Below, piece after piece: positions 43,218-53,755 of a stretch of 64,000 nt of DNA; within the stretch, counting starts at the first letter, position 1, and the number at the start of each line of letters is the position of its first letter. The stretch is from Gemmatimonadota bacterium (GTDB lineage: Bacteria; Gemmatimonadota; Gemmatimonadetes; Gemmatimonadales; Gemmatimonadaceae). The notes under the pieces are model-generated. The model searched no databases. It was not told the DNA's origin and saw only the letters and a list, made by a program, of their open reading frames with translations. The DNA lies in contig JANMLN010000020.1 in the NCBI GenBank assembly GCA_031372565.1, positions 1 to 64,000 on the forward strand, given 5' to 3'. The position numbers were made by a program, and so were the translations under genes.

Positions 43218-44807
43218 CTACGTGCGCACGTGCGCCGGCGTGAACCGTCGCGCGACCCACGCCAGCATCGCGTCCACCGTGAGCGCAAGGACGGCCGCGG
43301 GCACCGCGCCGCCGAGTACCAACTGCATGTCGGCCAGCGCGAGACCGGTGATGATCGGTTCTCCCAGTCCGCCGCCACCGACGAACGCTGCGAGCGTGGC
43401 GGTGCCCACGGTGAGCACCGCCGACGTTCGGATGCCTGACAGAATCACCGGCGCGGCGAGCGGCACGCGCGCCCACCAGAGGAGCTGCCTGCGCGTCGCG
43501 CCCATCGCCTCGAGCGACCTGACCGCCTCGGGGTCGGCGGCGCGCACCCCGGCGATCGTGGCCTGCGCGATCGGCAGCAGGCCATACGCCCAGAGCGCGA
43601 GCAGTGCGGGCGCTGCGCCGATGCCAACAAGTGGCACCAACAGCGCGAGCAGGGCGAGGCCCGGAATCGTCTGCACGCTTCCCAGCACCAACAACAGCGG
43701 ATCGGCGAGCGACGGGCGCGCCGCGAGCCAGAGTCCGCCTGGCACCGCGACAAGAATGGCGGCCCCGAGCGCCAGCGCGACGAGTCCCAGGTGCTCGAGC
43801 ACGAGCCGTCCCGTCTCGCCGCGACGCTGCCATGCACGCTGCCACCTGGTTGCGCGCACGCTGCCGCTGCTCGTGGCTCGCGAGGTATCAGCGGGTCCCA
43901 GCCCCAGTGCCGCCAGCGCGCTCGCGGCCACGACCGGCACCGCCTCGCCGTCCACCTCGATACGACGGTTCCACTCACGCACCTGACGTTCGGTGAAGCG
44001 GCCACTCAGCTGCACGAGCGCAGCGATCGCACGCGGGTTGGTCGACGCGAGACGAGGCGATACCACCGCCACGGCGTCATACGGCGGAAAGAACCGACGA
44101 TCATCCTCGAGGACCACGAGGCCGTAGCGCGCCAGCAGTCCGTCGGTCGCGTACCCGTCAATGATGTCCACCGCGCCCGCGGCCACCGCCTGGTACTTGA
44201 GCGACGCGGCCAGCGGCTTCACCGATGCCATCCGCATGCCGTACGCCGCCGAGACCCCCGGCCAGCCGTCGGCGCGCCCGATGAAGTCCGAGGTGAAGCC
44301 CGCGCGCAACGTTGGCCCCGCCGCAGCCACGTCGGACAGCGTCCGCAGGTGTAGCCGCTCGGCAAGCGCCGGCGCCACTGCAATTGCGTACCCATTCTGG
44401 AAGCCGAGCGGCGGCAGCCAACTGACGCCATGCAGCCGACGACTCTCACGGGCCACATGCGCGTACGCGAGCCGCGGGTCGCGGCGCTCCTCGGCCGTCA
44501 CGGTGTCGTGCAGGATCGCCACGAGCCCCGTGCCCACGTACTCGGGATAGACGTCCACGTCGTTGCGGCGCAGCGCGCCGAACACGAGCTCCGTGGCGCC
44601 GAACCCCGGGCGTCGCACCACGGGGACGCCGGCGGCCTCGAGCTGTTGCGCGAACATTTCCGCGAGCAGGTATGACTCGCCGAACGGTTTGGACGCCACC
44701 ACGACGCTCGCCTGCGCCTCGGCCAACGGCGCGACTGCGAGTTGCGCCGAGCCCAGCAGCAGCGCGGTGACGAGCGCGCGTCGACCTGCGGTATGCCACA
44801 TCATCAC
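43218..44807 (-). CDS. ABC transporter fused substrate-binding/permease subunit (betaine/ergothioneine type)
   Basis: SKPFGES, YPEYVGT, LEDDRRFFPPY; permease QTIP.LAL, EA...MG, GGGGLG. Confidence 0.88.
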   Translation of the reverse strand: MMMWHTAGRRALVTALLLGSAQLAVAPLAEAQASVVVASKPFGESYLLAEMFAQQLEAAGVPVVRRPGFGATELVFGALRRNDVDVYPEYVGTGLVAILHDTVTAEERRDPRLAYAHVARESRRLHGVSWLPPLGFQNGYAIAVAPALAERLHLRTLSDVAAAGPTLRAGFTSDFIGRADGWPGVSAAYGMRMASVKPLAASLKYQAVAAGAVDIIDGYATDGLLARYGLVVLEDDRRFFPPYDAVAVVSPRLASTNPRAIAALVQLSGRFTERQVREWNRRIEVDGEAVPVVAASALAALGLGPADTSRATSSGSVRATRWQRAWQRRGETGRLVLEHLGLVALALGAAILVAVPGGLWLAARPSLADPLLLVLGSVQTIPGLALLALLVPLVGIGAAPALLALWAYGLLPIAQATIAGVRAADPEAVRSLEAMGATRRQLLWWARVPLAAPVILSGIRTSAVLTVGTATLAAFVGGGGLGEPIITGLALADMQLVLGGAVPAAVLALTVDAMLAWVARRFTPAHVRT

Positions 44808-45589
44808 GTCACGGTGCCATCGGCGCTCGGCAGTGCGGCCACCGCCGACAGCGCGGCGGTCGCGCTTCGCGCACGCGCGAGCAGGGCCGCCACGTACGGC
44901 GTTGCGGGTGCGCGGAGCAGTTCGGCGACCGGCGCCCACTGTTCGATGCGTCCCGCGCGCATCACGGCCACCGCGTCGGCCAGCCGCACCGCCTCGACCA
45001 GATCGTGCGTGATGAAGGCGGCCGTGAAGCCCAGGTCGCGTCGCAAGGCAGCGAAGGCCTCGTAGAGCTCGTCACGCGCCATCGCGTCGAGCGCACCGAA
45101 GGGCTCGTCGAGGAGCACGACCGCCTGTCCCGCTGCGAGGGCGCGAGCGAGTGATGCACGCTGCCGCTGTCCGCCGGAGAGGGTGTGTGGCAGCCGGTCC
45201 GCGAACGTTGCGGGGGGTAACCCGCAGCGCACCATCATGGCGCGGGCGGCGTCTTCAGCGTCGGCGCGTTCGAGCAAGCGCGGGACCAGCGCGACGTTGC
45301 GGAGGATCGTCCAGTGCGGCAAGAGTCCGCCGTGCTGCGGCACGTAGCCGATGCGACGGCGAAGGGCCACCGGGTCCGCCAGGCGCACGTCGTCATCCCC
45401 CACGCGCAGCTCGCCCGCGTCGGGCGTCACGAGGGCGTTGAAGCAGCGGAGCAGGGTGGACTTGCCCGCGCCGCTCTCGCCAACGATCGCGAGCACGCTC
45501 CCCGCGGGCGCCTCGACCGATACGTTGTCGAGGGCGACGATGGGACCGATCCGGTGCGAAACACCCGTTGCCGACAGGCGGTACGCCAA
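44804..45589 (-). CDS. ABC transporter ATP-binding subunit (OpuBA-like)
   Basis: GESGAGKST, LSGGQRQR, LLDEPFGALD, ITHD. Confidence 0.92.
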   Translation of the reverse strand: MAYRLSATGVSHRIGPIVALDNVSVEAPAGSVLAIVGESGAGKSTLLRCFNALVTPDAGELRVGDDDVRLADPVALRRRIGYVPQHGGLLPHWTILRNVALVPRLLERADAEDAARAMMVRCGLPPATFADRLPHTLSGGQRQRASLARALAAGQAVVLLDEPFGALDAMARDELYEAFAALRRDLGFTAAFITHDLVEAVRLADAVAVMRAGRIEQWAPVAELLRAPATPYVAALLARARSATAALSAVAALPSADGTVT

Positions 45590-45687
45590 GCAATCCTCCG
45601 TGTCTGGACGTCGCCCGCTGTGCCCGTGGCCCGAGCGGCGCGTGCTGACGGGAACTATCCGGCCGTTTCAAACATACTGTTCGCGTC

Positions 45688-46965
45688 ATGACGATGTCCC
45701 CACTGACCGCGGTGGTTCCTGAGCGCGACTCCGCTGCGGCGGTCGTGCGTTTTCGTGCCGTGCGCGCCGCAACCGAGCGGCTGGCTGCGCCGCTGGAAAC
45801 CGAGGATTACGTCGTCAGCAGCATGAGCGACGTGAGCCCGGCCAAGTGGCACCTCGCGCATACGACCTGGTTCTTCGAGACCTTCGTGCTTGCCCCGCAC
45901 CTGGAGGGCTACACGCCGCGCGATCCCAAGTACGCCTTCCTGTTCAACTCGTACTACGTGCAGGCGGGAGAGCGCCACTGCCGCGCACAGCGCGGGCTCG
46001 TGACGCGCCCCACGGTGCGCGAGGTGTTTGCCTACCGTGCGCACGTGGACGAGGCCATGGACACGCTCTTCGCGCAGCTCGCCCACGACGCGGACCATCC
46101 TGCGTGGACGGTCATCGACCTCGGGACGCACCACGAACAGCAACATCAGGAGCTGTTCGTCACCGACATCAAGCACGTCTTCTGGACCAATCCGGTGCAC
46201 CCCGCCTATTACGCGGTGGTGCCCGGGCGAGTGAACGCCGTGCCGCAGTCCTGGCTCACCGTCCCCGAGGGGCTCGCCGAGATCGGGTTCGCCGGGTCCG
46301 GCTTCCACTTCGACAACGAAGCGCCCCGCCATCGCACCTGGCTCTCTGGCGCGCGCGTGGCGCACCGCCTCGTGACCAACGGCGAGTTCGCCGAGTTCGT
46401 GAGCGATGGTGGCTATCGCAAACCGGCGCTCTGGTTGAGCGCGGGTTTTGCCGCGGCACAGGAGCGCGCGTGGCATGCACCGCTCTACTGGCAGCGCGTG
46501 GAGGATGCCTGGGTCGAATTCACGCTCGCCGGTGACCAGCCGCTTGATCCCGACGCGCCCGTCACGCATGTCAGCTTTTATGAAGCTGATGCCTTCGCGC
46601 GCTGGGCAGGCGCGCGGCTTCCCACCGAAGCAGAATGGGAAGTGGCAGCCCGCGACCAGCCGGTGACCGGCCGTTTTGCCGATGCGGGCCTGTTGCACCC
46701 CGGCGCCAACGCTGCACCCGGACCACAGCAGTTCTACGGCGATGCGTGGCAGTGGACGCAGAGCGCGTACCTGCCGTATCCCGGCTTTACGGCAGCCGAG
46801 GGTGCACTCGGAGAGTACAACGGCAAGTTCATGAGCGACCAGTGGGTACTCCGGGGCGCCTCGTGCGCCACCCCCGCGAGTCATGCGCGACACACCTACC
46901 GCAACTTCTTTCCCAGCGATGCCCGGTGGCAGTTCTCCGGCATCCGTCTCGCGACTGACCCATGA
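45688..46965 (+). CDS. egtB: Ergothioneine biosynthesis sulfoxide synthase
   Basis: SPAKWHLAH, FNSYY, RGLVTRP, HHEQQHQE, FGE-like domain, EYNGKFM, YRNFF. Confidence 0.93.
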   Translation: MTMSPLTAVVPERDSAAAVVRFRAVRAATERLAAPLETEDYVVSSMSDVSPAKWHLAHTTWFFETFVLAPHLEGYTPRDPKYAFLFNSYYVQAGERHCRAQRGLVTRPTVREVFAYRAHVDEAMDTLFAQLAHDADHPAWTVIDLGTHHEQQHQELFVTDIKHVFWTNPVHPAYYAVVPGRVNAVPQSWLTVPEGLAEIGFAGSGFHFDNEAPRHRTWLSGARVAHRLVTNGEFAEFVSDGGYRKPALWLSAGFAAAQERAWHAPLYWQRVEDAWVEFTLAGDQPLDPDAPVTHVSFYEADAFARWAGARLPTEAEWEVAARDQPVTGRFADAGLLHPGANAAPGPQQFYGDAWQWTQSAYLPYPGFTAAEGALGEYNGKFMSDQWVLRGASCATPASHARHTYRNFFPSDARWQFSGIRLATDP

Positions 46966-47924
46966 GCGCTGCGCCCGAACTCCTCTACAATACGAGCTCG
47001 CCGACCGAGCGGCTGCGTGACGCGGTCGAGGACGGCCTGCGCACGCGCCCGCGCACACTCCCCGCGGCGCTGCTCTACGACGCCCGCGGTGCCCGGCTGT
47101 TCGAAGCGATCTGCGATCTGCCCGAGTACTACCCCACGCGCACCGAACACGCGATTCTCGCGCGCCACGCGGGCGACATCGCCGACCTCATCGGTCCGCA
47201 GGCCGTGATCATCGAGCTGGGGAGCGGCGCCGCCACCAAGGTGCGTCACCTGCTGCCCAAGCTGGTGCAGCCGGGAGGGTATGTGCCGGTCGACGTCTCG
47301 CGCGAGCAGCTGCTGGCGGTCGCCGCCGAGCGCGCGCTCGAGTTTCCGCATGTCCCAGTGCTCCCCGTGTGGGCCGACTTCGCGGACGAGCTGACGCTGC
47401 CGCTCATCACCGATGACGCGCGTCGCGTCGCCTTCTTCCCGGGCTCCACCATCGGGAACCTCGAGGCCGGCGACGCAGCGGCGTTCCTGCGTCGGGTACG
47501 CGAGATGGTCGGCGACGCGGGCGGCCTCGTGCTCGGCGTGGACCGGCGCAAGTCACCCCAGTTGCTGCACGCCGCTTACAACGACGCGGCGGGCGTGACG
47601 GCGGAGTTCAACCTGAACGTGCTCTCGCACGTGAACCGGGAGTTTCGGGGCACGTTCAATCGCGGGGCGTTCCGGCATCGCGCGTTCTTCAACGGCGCCG
47701 AGAGCCGGATCGAGATGCACCTCGAGGCGGTATCGCCGCAGCATGTGCATGTCGCGGGGCTCTCGATCGACTTCGCTGCCGGAGAGAGCATTCGCACGGA
47801 GGTGTCGGTCAAGTACGACCGGTCGCGTCTCGATGTGCTCGCGGCCACTGGAGGATTCACGGTACACACGCTGTTCACCGACGAACGCGACTGGTTCTGG
47901 GTCGCGTGGCTCGTGCCTGTCTGA
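46962..47924 (+). CDS. egtD: L-histidine N-alpha-methyltransferase
   Basis: LFEAICDLPEYYPTRTE, ELGSG, FFPGSTIGN, AYNDAAGVTAEFNLN, RIEMHL; ATGA overlap with egtB. Confidence 0.94.
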   Translation: MSAAPELLYNTSSPTERLRDAVEDGLRTRPRTLPAALLYDARGARLFEAICDLPEYYPTRTEHAILARHAGDIADLIGPQAVIIELGSGAATKVRHLLPKLVQPGGYVPVDVSREQLLAVAAERALEFPHVPVLPVWADFADELTLPLITDDARRVAFFPGSTIGNLEAGDAAAFLRRVREMVGDAGGLVLGVDRRKSPQLLHAAYNDAAGVTAEFNLNVLSHVNREFRGTFNRGAFRHRAFFNGAESRIEMHLEAVSPQHVHVAGLSIDFAAGESIRTEVSVKYDRSRLDVLAATGGFTVHTLFTDERDWFWVAWLVPV

Positions 47925-47961
47925 TTGTCATTCGACTTCACCATTCCCACTCATAGCTGAC

Positions 47962-48243
47962 ATGAAAGCCACCTGGAAAGGCACCGTCATCGCACAGTCC
48001 GACGACACGGTCGTGGTCGAGGGGAATCACTACTTCCCGATCGACGCGTTGAACCGCGAGCATGTGGTCGAGAGCGCCCACACCACGCGTTGTGGGTGGA
48101 AGGGAACGGCGAACTACTACACCGTGCGCGTGGGTGACGCCGAGAATCCGAACGCGGCGTGGTACTACGCCACGCCGATGAAGGGCGCGGAAGCGGTGGC
48201 TGGGCGCGTCGCGTTCTGGAAGGGCGTGGACGTCTCCCCGTGA
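47962..48243 (+). CDS. DUF427 family protein
   Basis: VEGNHYFP, TRCGWKGTANYY, AAWYY, VAFW. Confidence 0.9.
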   Translation: MKATWKGTVIAQSDDTVVVEGNHYFPIDALNREHVVESAHTTRCGWKGTANYYTVRVGDAENPNAAWYYATPMKGAEAVAGRVAFWKGVDVSP

Positions 48244-49652
48244 CCGGCGCGCCGGTGCTCGTCGACGCGGTGGTCATCGGCACGGGGCAGGCCGGTCCGG
48301 GACTCGCGACGTCGCTCGCTGGCCTCGGCGAGACTGTCGTCATCTTCGAGGGAGACCGGATCGGCGGTAGTTGCGTGAACGTCGGTTGCACGCCGACCAA
48401 GACGCTGCGCAAGAGTGCGCGCATCGCGCATCTCGCGCGGCGGAGCGCCGACTTCGGTGTGCACACCGGTGAGGTGCGCGTGGACTTCGGCGCCGTGATG
48501 ACGCGCATGCATGCGGTGGTGGGCAAGAGCACCGCCGGGCTCACGGGGTGGTTGGGTCGCACGCCCAACCTCGCGCTCGTGCGCGACTGGGCGCGCCTCG
48601 ATGGCCGCGCGGACGACCGGTTCGTGGTGCGTGCGGGTGCCGCCACCTATCACGCGCGCCACGTCTATCTGAACGTCGGCACGCGGCCTGCACTTCCTTC
48701 CATCCCGGGCCTCGCGGAGGCCAAGCCGCTCACCAACGAGACGCTGCTCGACCTCACCGAACTGCCGGCGCATCTGGTGGTCATCGGCGGCAGCTACATC
48801 GGCCTCGAGTTCGCGCAGCTCTTCCGTCGGCTCGGCAGCGCGGTGACCGTGCTCGAAGCCGCGCCTGCGGTCGCCGCACGCGAGGATGCCGATGTGTCGG
48901 CGCGCATCGCGACGATTCTGTCGGATGAGGGAGTGGCCGTGCACGCGGGGGTACGCATCGTGTCGGTGGCGCGCACTGGGGAGGGGGTCACCGTCTCGCT
49001 GGTGCCTGCCGGCGCGAGCGAGCCGGTTGTGGTGACCGGCACGCACCTGCTCGTTGCGACCGGGCGCGTTCCGAGCACCAAGGGGCTCGGGCTCGAGACC
49101 GTGGGAGTGGCCATGGACGCTCAGGGCTACGTCCCTGTGAATGGCGCACTCGAGACAAGCGTGCCAGGCATCTTTGCGCTCGGCGACGTCAACCGTCGCG
49201 GCGCCTTCACGCACACGTCGTACCAGGACTACGAGATCGTGCTGGCCAATCACACTGGCGGCGATCGCACCGTCGAGGGACGGGTCAGCACCTACGCGAT
49301 GTACACCGACCCGCCGCTCGGCCGCGTCGGCATGAACGAAACTGACGCGCGCGCAGCGATGTTAAGCGGACGGCGCTTCCTGCAGGCGACATTCGAGATG
49401 GCGAACGTGTCGCGGGCGAAGGAAGAAGGGGAGACGCTCGGCATGATCAAGGTGCTCGTCGACGCCGAGACGCACCGGTTCGTCGGGATCACGATGCTCG
49501 GGATCGGCGCCGATGAGATCGTGCAGGTAATCGGTGCGCAGATGGCGGCGGATGCGCCGTACGAGGTGCTGCGCGACGCGCTGCCCGTACATCCGACGGT
49601 GACGGAGTTCTTTCCGACGATCTTGAAGAAGCTCGCGCCGCTCGGCGGCTGA
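48240..49652 (+). CDS. Class I pyridine nucleotide-disulfide oxidoreductase (MerA/RclA-like, no C-terminal Cys pair)
   Basis: GTGQAG, GGSCVNVGCTPTK, GGSYIGLE, GD, HPTVTE; GTGA overlap with DUF427. Confidence 0.88.
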   Translation: MTGAPVLVDAVVIGTGQAGPGLATSLAGLGETVVIFEGDRIGGSCVNVGCTPTKTLRKSARIAHLARRSADFGVHTGEVRVDFGAVMTRMHAVVGKSTAGLTGWLGRTPNLALVRDWARLDGRADDRFVVRAGAATYHARHVYLNVGTRPALPSIPGLAEAKPLTNETLLDLTELPAHLVVIGGSYIGLEFAQLFRRLGSAVTVLEAAPAVAAREDADVSARIATILSDEGVAVHAGVRIVSVARTGEGVTVSLVPAGASEPVVVTGTHLLVATGRVPSTKGLGLETVGVAMDAQGYVPVNGALETSVPGIFALGDVNRRGAFTHTSYQDYEIVLANHTGGDRTVEGRVSTYAMYTDPPLGRVGMNETDARAAMLSGRRFLQATFEMANVSRAKEEGETLGMIKVLVDAETHRFVGITMLGIGADEIVQVIGAQMAADAPYEVLRDALPVHPTVTEFFPTILKKLAPLGG

Positions 49653-49703
49653 GCGGCGGCGGACGGGGAGGTGCGAGTGAGCTGATTGGTCCGCATCAGT
49701 GGA

Positions 49704-50129
49704 TCAGAGGTCGCCTCGCCCGAGCACGATGCCCTTGTTGGCGTTTGCGCGCATGAACGCCTGATACGCTCGGAAGCCGCCGAGCTCGGCGATATCCACA
49801 AGCTTGTCGCCCGGGGTGATGCGATCGGGTACAAGGAGCATCGCGTTCACGCGCTCACCGTCCTCCAACTCGATCTCGCTCAGTGCCAACTCGCGCGGTT
49901 CGCCTGGCAGCAGTTGATCACGCAGCACGTGCTCGGGCATGTCGTAGAGTTCGCCGACGATCATGCGGCCACCGTGGTCCACGGGAAAGAGGCCGGGGAA
50001 TTCGTCGCGCAGGACGAAGAACCGGTACTTGGCGGCGGTACGTGCCGGGCCGAGGAAGGCCGAGCCTGCGAGGCAGCCGTGGTCCTTCTGGCCGGACATG
50101 GCGGTGCCGTTGAGGAACATCTTGGGCAT
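49704..50129 (-). CDS. Gamma-glutamylcyclotransferase-like protein (allophanate hydrolase C-terminal type)
   Basis: FLNGTAMSGQ, TAAKYRFF, PGL, GELY, EP.EL, DI...GGFRAY. Confidence 0.75.
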   Translation of the reverse strand: MPKMFLNGTAMSGQKDHGCLAGSAFLGPARTAAKYRFFVLRDEFPGLFPVDHGGRMIVGELYDMPEHVLRDQLLPGEPRELALSEIELEDGERVNAMLLVPDRITPGDKLVDIAELGGFRAYQAFMRANANKGIVLGRGDL

Positions 50130-50534
50130 TCTGGCAGGCCTCCAATTGGAGCGGGGCGGTCTGTAGACGAACACGAGGTACTCGGATGCTCTCCCGAGCC
50201 CGCATTGAACTCGTGCATCGAGAACCGGATCCCGCTGAACCCGAACTCCGCGAGCGTCGCCAAGAACTGCCGCCGATCATCGCCTGACGTGCGCATGACA
50301 GTACCGTCGCCGAGGGAGGTCGCCGAATGCACGACGGGACGCGACTCCGTGAAGCTGCAGAGGTACGGTGACGGCCGCAACCGATGGCGCCGAAGCGTCC
50401 CGCGAGTGAATGTCAGAAACTTTGCAACATCAGGCGTTGTTCTACTCACGAGGGAAGCGGGCGGCGTGCTCACCATGGTGCACCGTAGGCCCCGCGAGTC
50501 ATCACGAAGCGTGCGGACCTTCTCACAGTCACAG

Positions 50535-52994
50535 ATGGAGCCCTCCGCCGATCATTCCGTAGCCTCACCTCCTGAGCGCGCCGTGCACATCCGATCATCA
50601 CTCCTCCCGGCACATCTCGCCGAGCGCATCCACGCACCACCCGCGAACGACGAGGTGCCGCCATCCGGGCAGTACGTCCTCTACTGGGCCCGCACCGCCG
50701 TGCGGGCGCACGAGAATCCTGCCCTCGACACCGCGATCGGGCTCGGCGCCGCACTCGGCGTGCCCGTGTTCGTGTACCACGCGCTCTCGGAGCGATACCC
50801 GTACGCGAGTGACCGACACCACGTCTTCATCCTCGAAGGCGCACGCGACTTCGCCGCCGAGCTGGCAGCGCGCGGGGTCGGCACGGCATTTCATCTGGAG
50901 CGTGAAGGCCATCGCGGACCACACCTGATCACGCTCGCACAGCGGGCCTGCGTGGTCGTCACCGAGCTGATGCCGGTAGCCCCGTTGGCGGCGTGGACGG
51001 ACCGCGTGCGCTCATCAATCTCCGCGCCGCTCTGGCAGGTCGACACGGCATGTGTCGTGCCCATGACGCTGACAACAAAGGCGTACGAGCGCGCTTTCGT
51101 GTATCGTCAGGCGACCACTGCGTTGCGCGCCGAGCGGGTGCGCCGAGCGTGGCCGGAGCTCACGCCAGTCGGTGCGCCCTTCGTGCCGGATCTGCCGTTC
51201 ACTCCCATCGATCTTGCCAACGCCGATATTGCCGCACTGGTCAGCGCGTGCGACATCGATCACGCAGTGGGACCCGTGTCGGACACGCGTGGGGGCGCGC
51301 GCGCCGGCTACGCGCGCTGGGCCACTTTCGTGGACTCGGGCCGACTCGATCGGTATGACCGTACGCGCAATGACCCCACCAACGGCGCTGGCGTCAGTCG
51401 CATGTCGGCATACCTGCACTACGGCATGGTCTCGCCGTTCAGGCTTGCACTTGAGGCCGCGGCGCGCTCGTCCGAGGGCGCGGCGAAGTGGCTCGATGAG
51501 CTCCTGGTCTGGCGGGAGCTGGCCTACACCTTCTGCTTCCATCGGCCCGATCACGGCACCATCGACGCCATTCCCGACTGGGCGCGCGCCACGCTGCAGC
51601 GACACGAAGGGGACGCGCGGACACTCTACGCCTGGGAGCAGCTCGCGCGCGGTCAGACGTCGGACCCGTTCTGGAATGCGATGCAACGGTCGCTGCTCGC
51701 GCACGGCGAGCTGCACAACAACGTGCGGATGACATGGGGCAAGGCGTTCAGCGGCTGGACGCCCAATGCCGCGCGCGCCCTGTCACGCTCCATCGATCTC
51801 AATCATCGCTACGCCCTGGATGGACGCGATCCCGGATCGTACGGTGGGCTGCTCTGGTGTCTCGGACAGTTCGATCGCGCCTTCACACCACCAACGCCTG
51901 TCCTTGGCACGGTCCGCGGTCGCCCGACGCAGGAGCAGGCCGCGCGCATCAATGTCGAGAAGTACACGGGTCATGTACAGCGCGCGGCGTATCGCACTCC
52001 TCGCAGGGTGGCGGTGGTCGGCGCAGGACTCTCTGGCCTGATGTGCGCTCGCACACTGACGGATCACAACATCGACGTGACCGTGTTCGAGAAGTCGCGG
52101 GGGTTCGGCGGTCGCTGTGCCACCAGGCGCGACGGACCGTGGCGCTTCGACCATGGGGCGCAGTACTTCACGTCACGCGATCGCCGCCTCGCGCCGTTGA
52201 TTGCCAGCTGGCAGCAGCAACAGGTCATCGCCGAGTGGACGGGCGTGTTGGCAACGCATCAAGACGGCCGGTGGCAGCCGGCCAAGACCGGAGTGCGACG
52301 CTGGGTCGGCACGCCGGGCATGAGCGCGATCGGCGCCCACCTCGCGCATGATCTCGATGTGCGGCTCGAGACCCCCGTATCGTTGCTGCAGCACGAGGGC
52401 AAGCAGTGGCGGCTCCTCTCGGACTCGGGCGCCGAACTCGGCGTGTTTGATGCCGTGCTCACCTGCGTGCCTGCGCCGCAAGCGACCGCGTTGCTGGCAG
52501 AGGTGGCCCCTGGACTGGCCGGTCAGGCGGCGCGTGCGATCATGCACGCCACCATGGCCACCATGCTGGTCCTGCCCGAGCGTCCCGGGTTTGCGTTCGA
52601 CGGGGCCTTTCTCAACGACGATCCCGTGCTTGGTTGGATCAGTCGTGATGCGAGCAAGCCAGGTCGCGCCGCCGATGAAGCGTGGGTGCTCCACGGGACT
52701 CGCGCGTGGAGCGCGGCGCACCTGGAAACGGACACGGAACAGATTGCGCACCTGATGACCGATGCCTTTCAGCGTGTCATCGGCACGTCCATCGTGCCCG
52801 TCCGCAGTGTCGCCCATCGTTGGAAGTACGCGCTCCCTGATCCTGTCGCCCCCGACGCCGCCCTGTTCGATGCTGGAATCGGACTCGGCGCGGCTGGCGA
52901 CTGGTGCGGTGGGCCGCGCCTGGAGGGTGCGCTGCTCAGTGGAGTGGCGCTGGCCGGTCGCGTGCTGACCTACGCGCAGGCCACAACTGTATAG
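50535..52994 (+). CDS. Class II CPD photolyase-like domain fused to renalase-like FAD/NAD(P) oxidoreductase
   Basis: YVLYW..R..ENPAL, SRMSAYLHYG, DELLVWREL, HNNVRMTWGK, LDGRDP; then GAGLSG, EKSRG.GGR.ATRR, FDHGAQYF, GDWC. Confidence 0.88.
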   Translation: MEPSADHSVASPPERAVHIRSSLLPAHLAERIHAPPANDEVPPSGQYVLYWARTAVRAHENPALDTAIGLGAALGVPVFVYHALSERYPYASDRHHVFILEGARDFAAELAARGVGTAFHLEREGHRGPHLITLAQRACVVVTELMPVAPLAAWTDRVRSSISAPLWQVDTACVVPMTLTTKAYERAFVYRQATTALRAERVRRAWPELTPVGAPFVPDLPFTPIDLANADIAALVSACDIDHAVGPVSDTRGGARAGYARWATFVDSGRLDRYDRTRNDPTNGAGVSRMSAYLHYGMVSPFRLALEAAARSSEGAAKWLDELLVWRELAYTFCFHRPDHGTIDAIPDWARATLQRHEGDARTLYAWEQLARGQTSDPFWNAMQRSLLAHGELHNNVRMTWGKAFSGWTPNAARALSRSIDLNHRYALDGRDPGSYGGLLWCLGQFDRAFTPPTPVLGTVRGRPTQEQAARINVEKYTGHVQRAAYRTPRRVAVVGAGLSGLMCARTLTDHNIDVTVFEKSRGFGGRCATRRDGPWRFDHGAQYFTSRDRRLAPLIASWQQQQVIAEWTGVLATHQDGRWQPAKTGVRRWVGTPGMSAIGAHLAHDLDVRLETPVSLLQHEGKQWRLLSDSGAELGVFDAVLTCVPAPQATALLAEVAPGLAGQAARAIMHATMATMLVLPERPGFAFDGAFLNDDPVLGWISRDASKPGRAADEAWVLHGTRAWSAAHLETDTEQIAHLMTDAFQRVIGTSIVPVRSVAHRWKYALPDPVAPDAALFDAGIGLGAAGDWCGGPRLEGALLSGVALAGRVLTYAQATTV

Positions 52995-53107
52995 CGTCGC
53001 GGCCACCACGCTCATGCCCGGGTCTCACGCGAGTGCGGTTCTCAGCGTCTGAACGGATGTAGTGACCCGCTTCCGTCGCGTCATGGACGTCAGATCCTCA
53101 CGCCACC

Positions 53108-53741
<634 letters not shown>

Positions 53742-53755
<14 letters not shown>

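Noticed and set aside
48240..49652. Mercuric reductase merA
   Set aside because: Lacks the C-terminal Cys-Cys pair, the NmerA domain and any mer operon context.
49704..50129. GGCT-like protein acting as an EgtC substitute
   Set aside because: It is convergent to the egt operon, and EgtB has the cysteine-using type II signature, so no gamma-glutamyl removal is needed.
50130..50400. Possible degraded gene fragment on the minus strand (RRQFLATLAEFGFSG...)
   Set aside because: Codon pattern looks coding but no family is recognisable, so it cannot be supported without a search.
49686..50534. 283-aa N-terminal extension of the photolyase ORF
   Set aside because: It overlaps the antisense GGCT-like gene and has no protein-like character; photolyase similarity begins after 50535.
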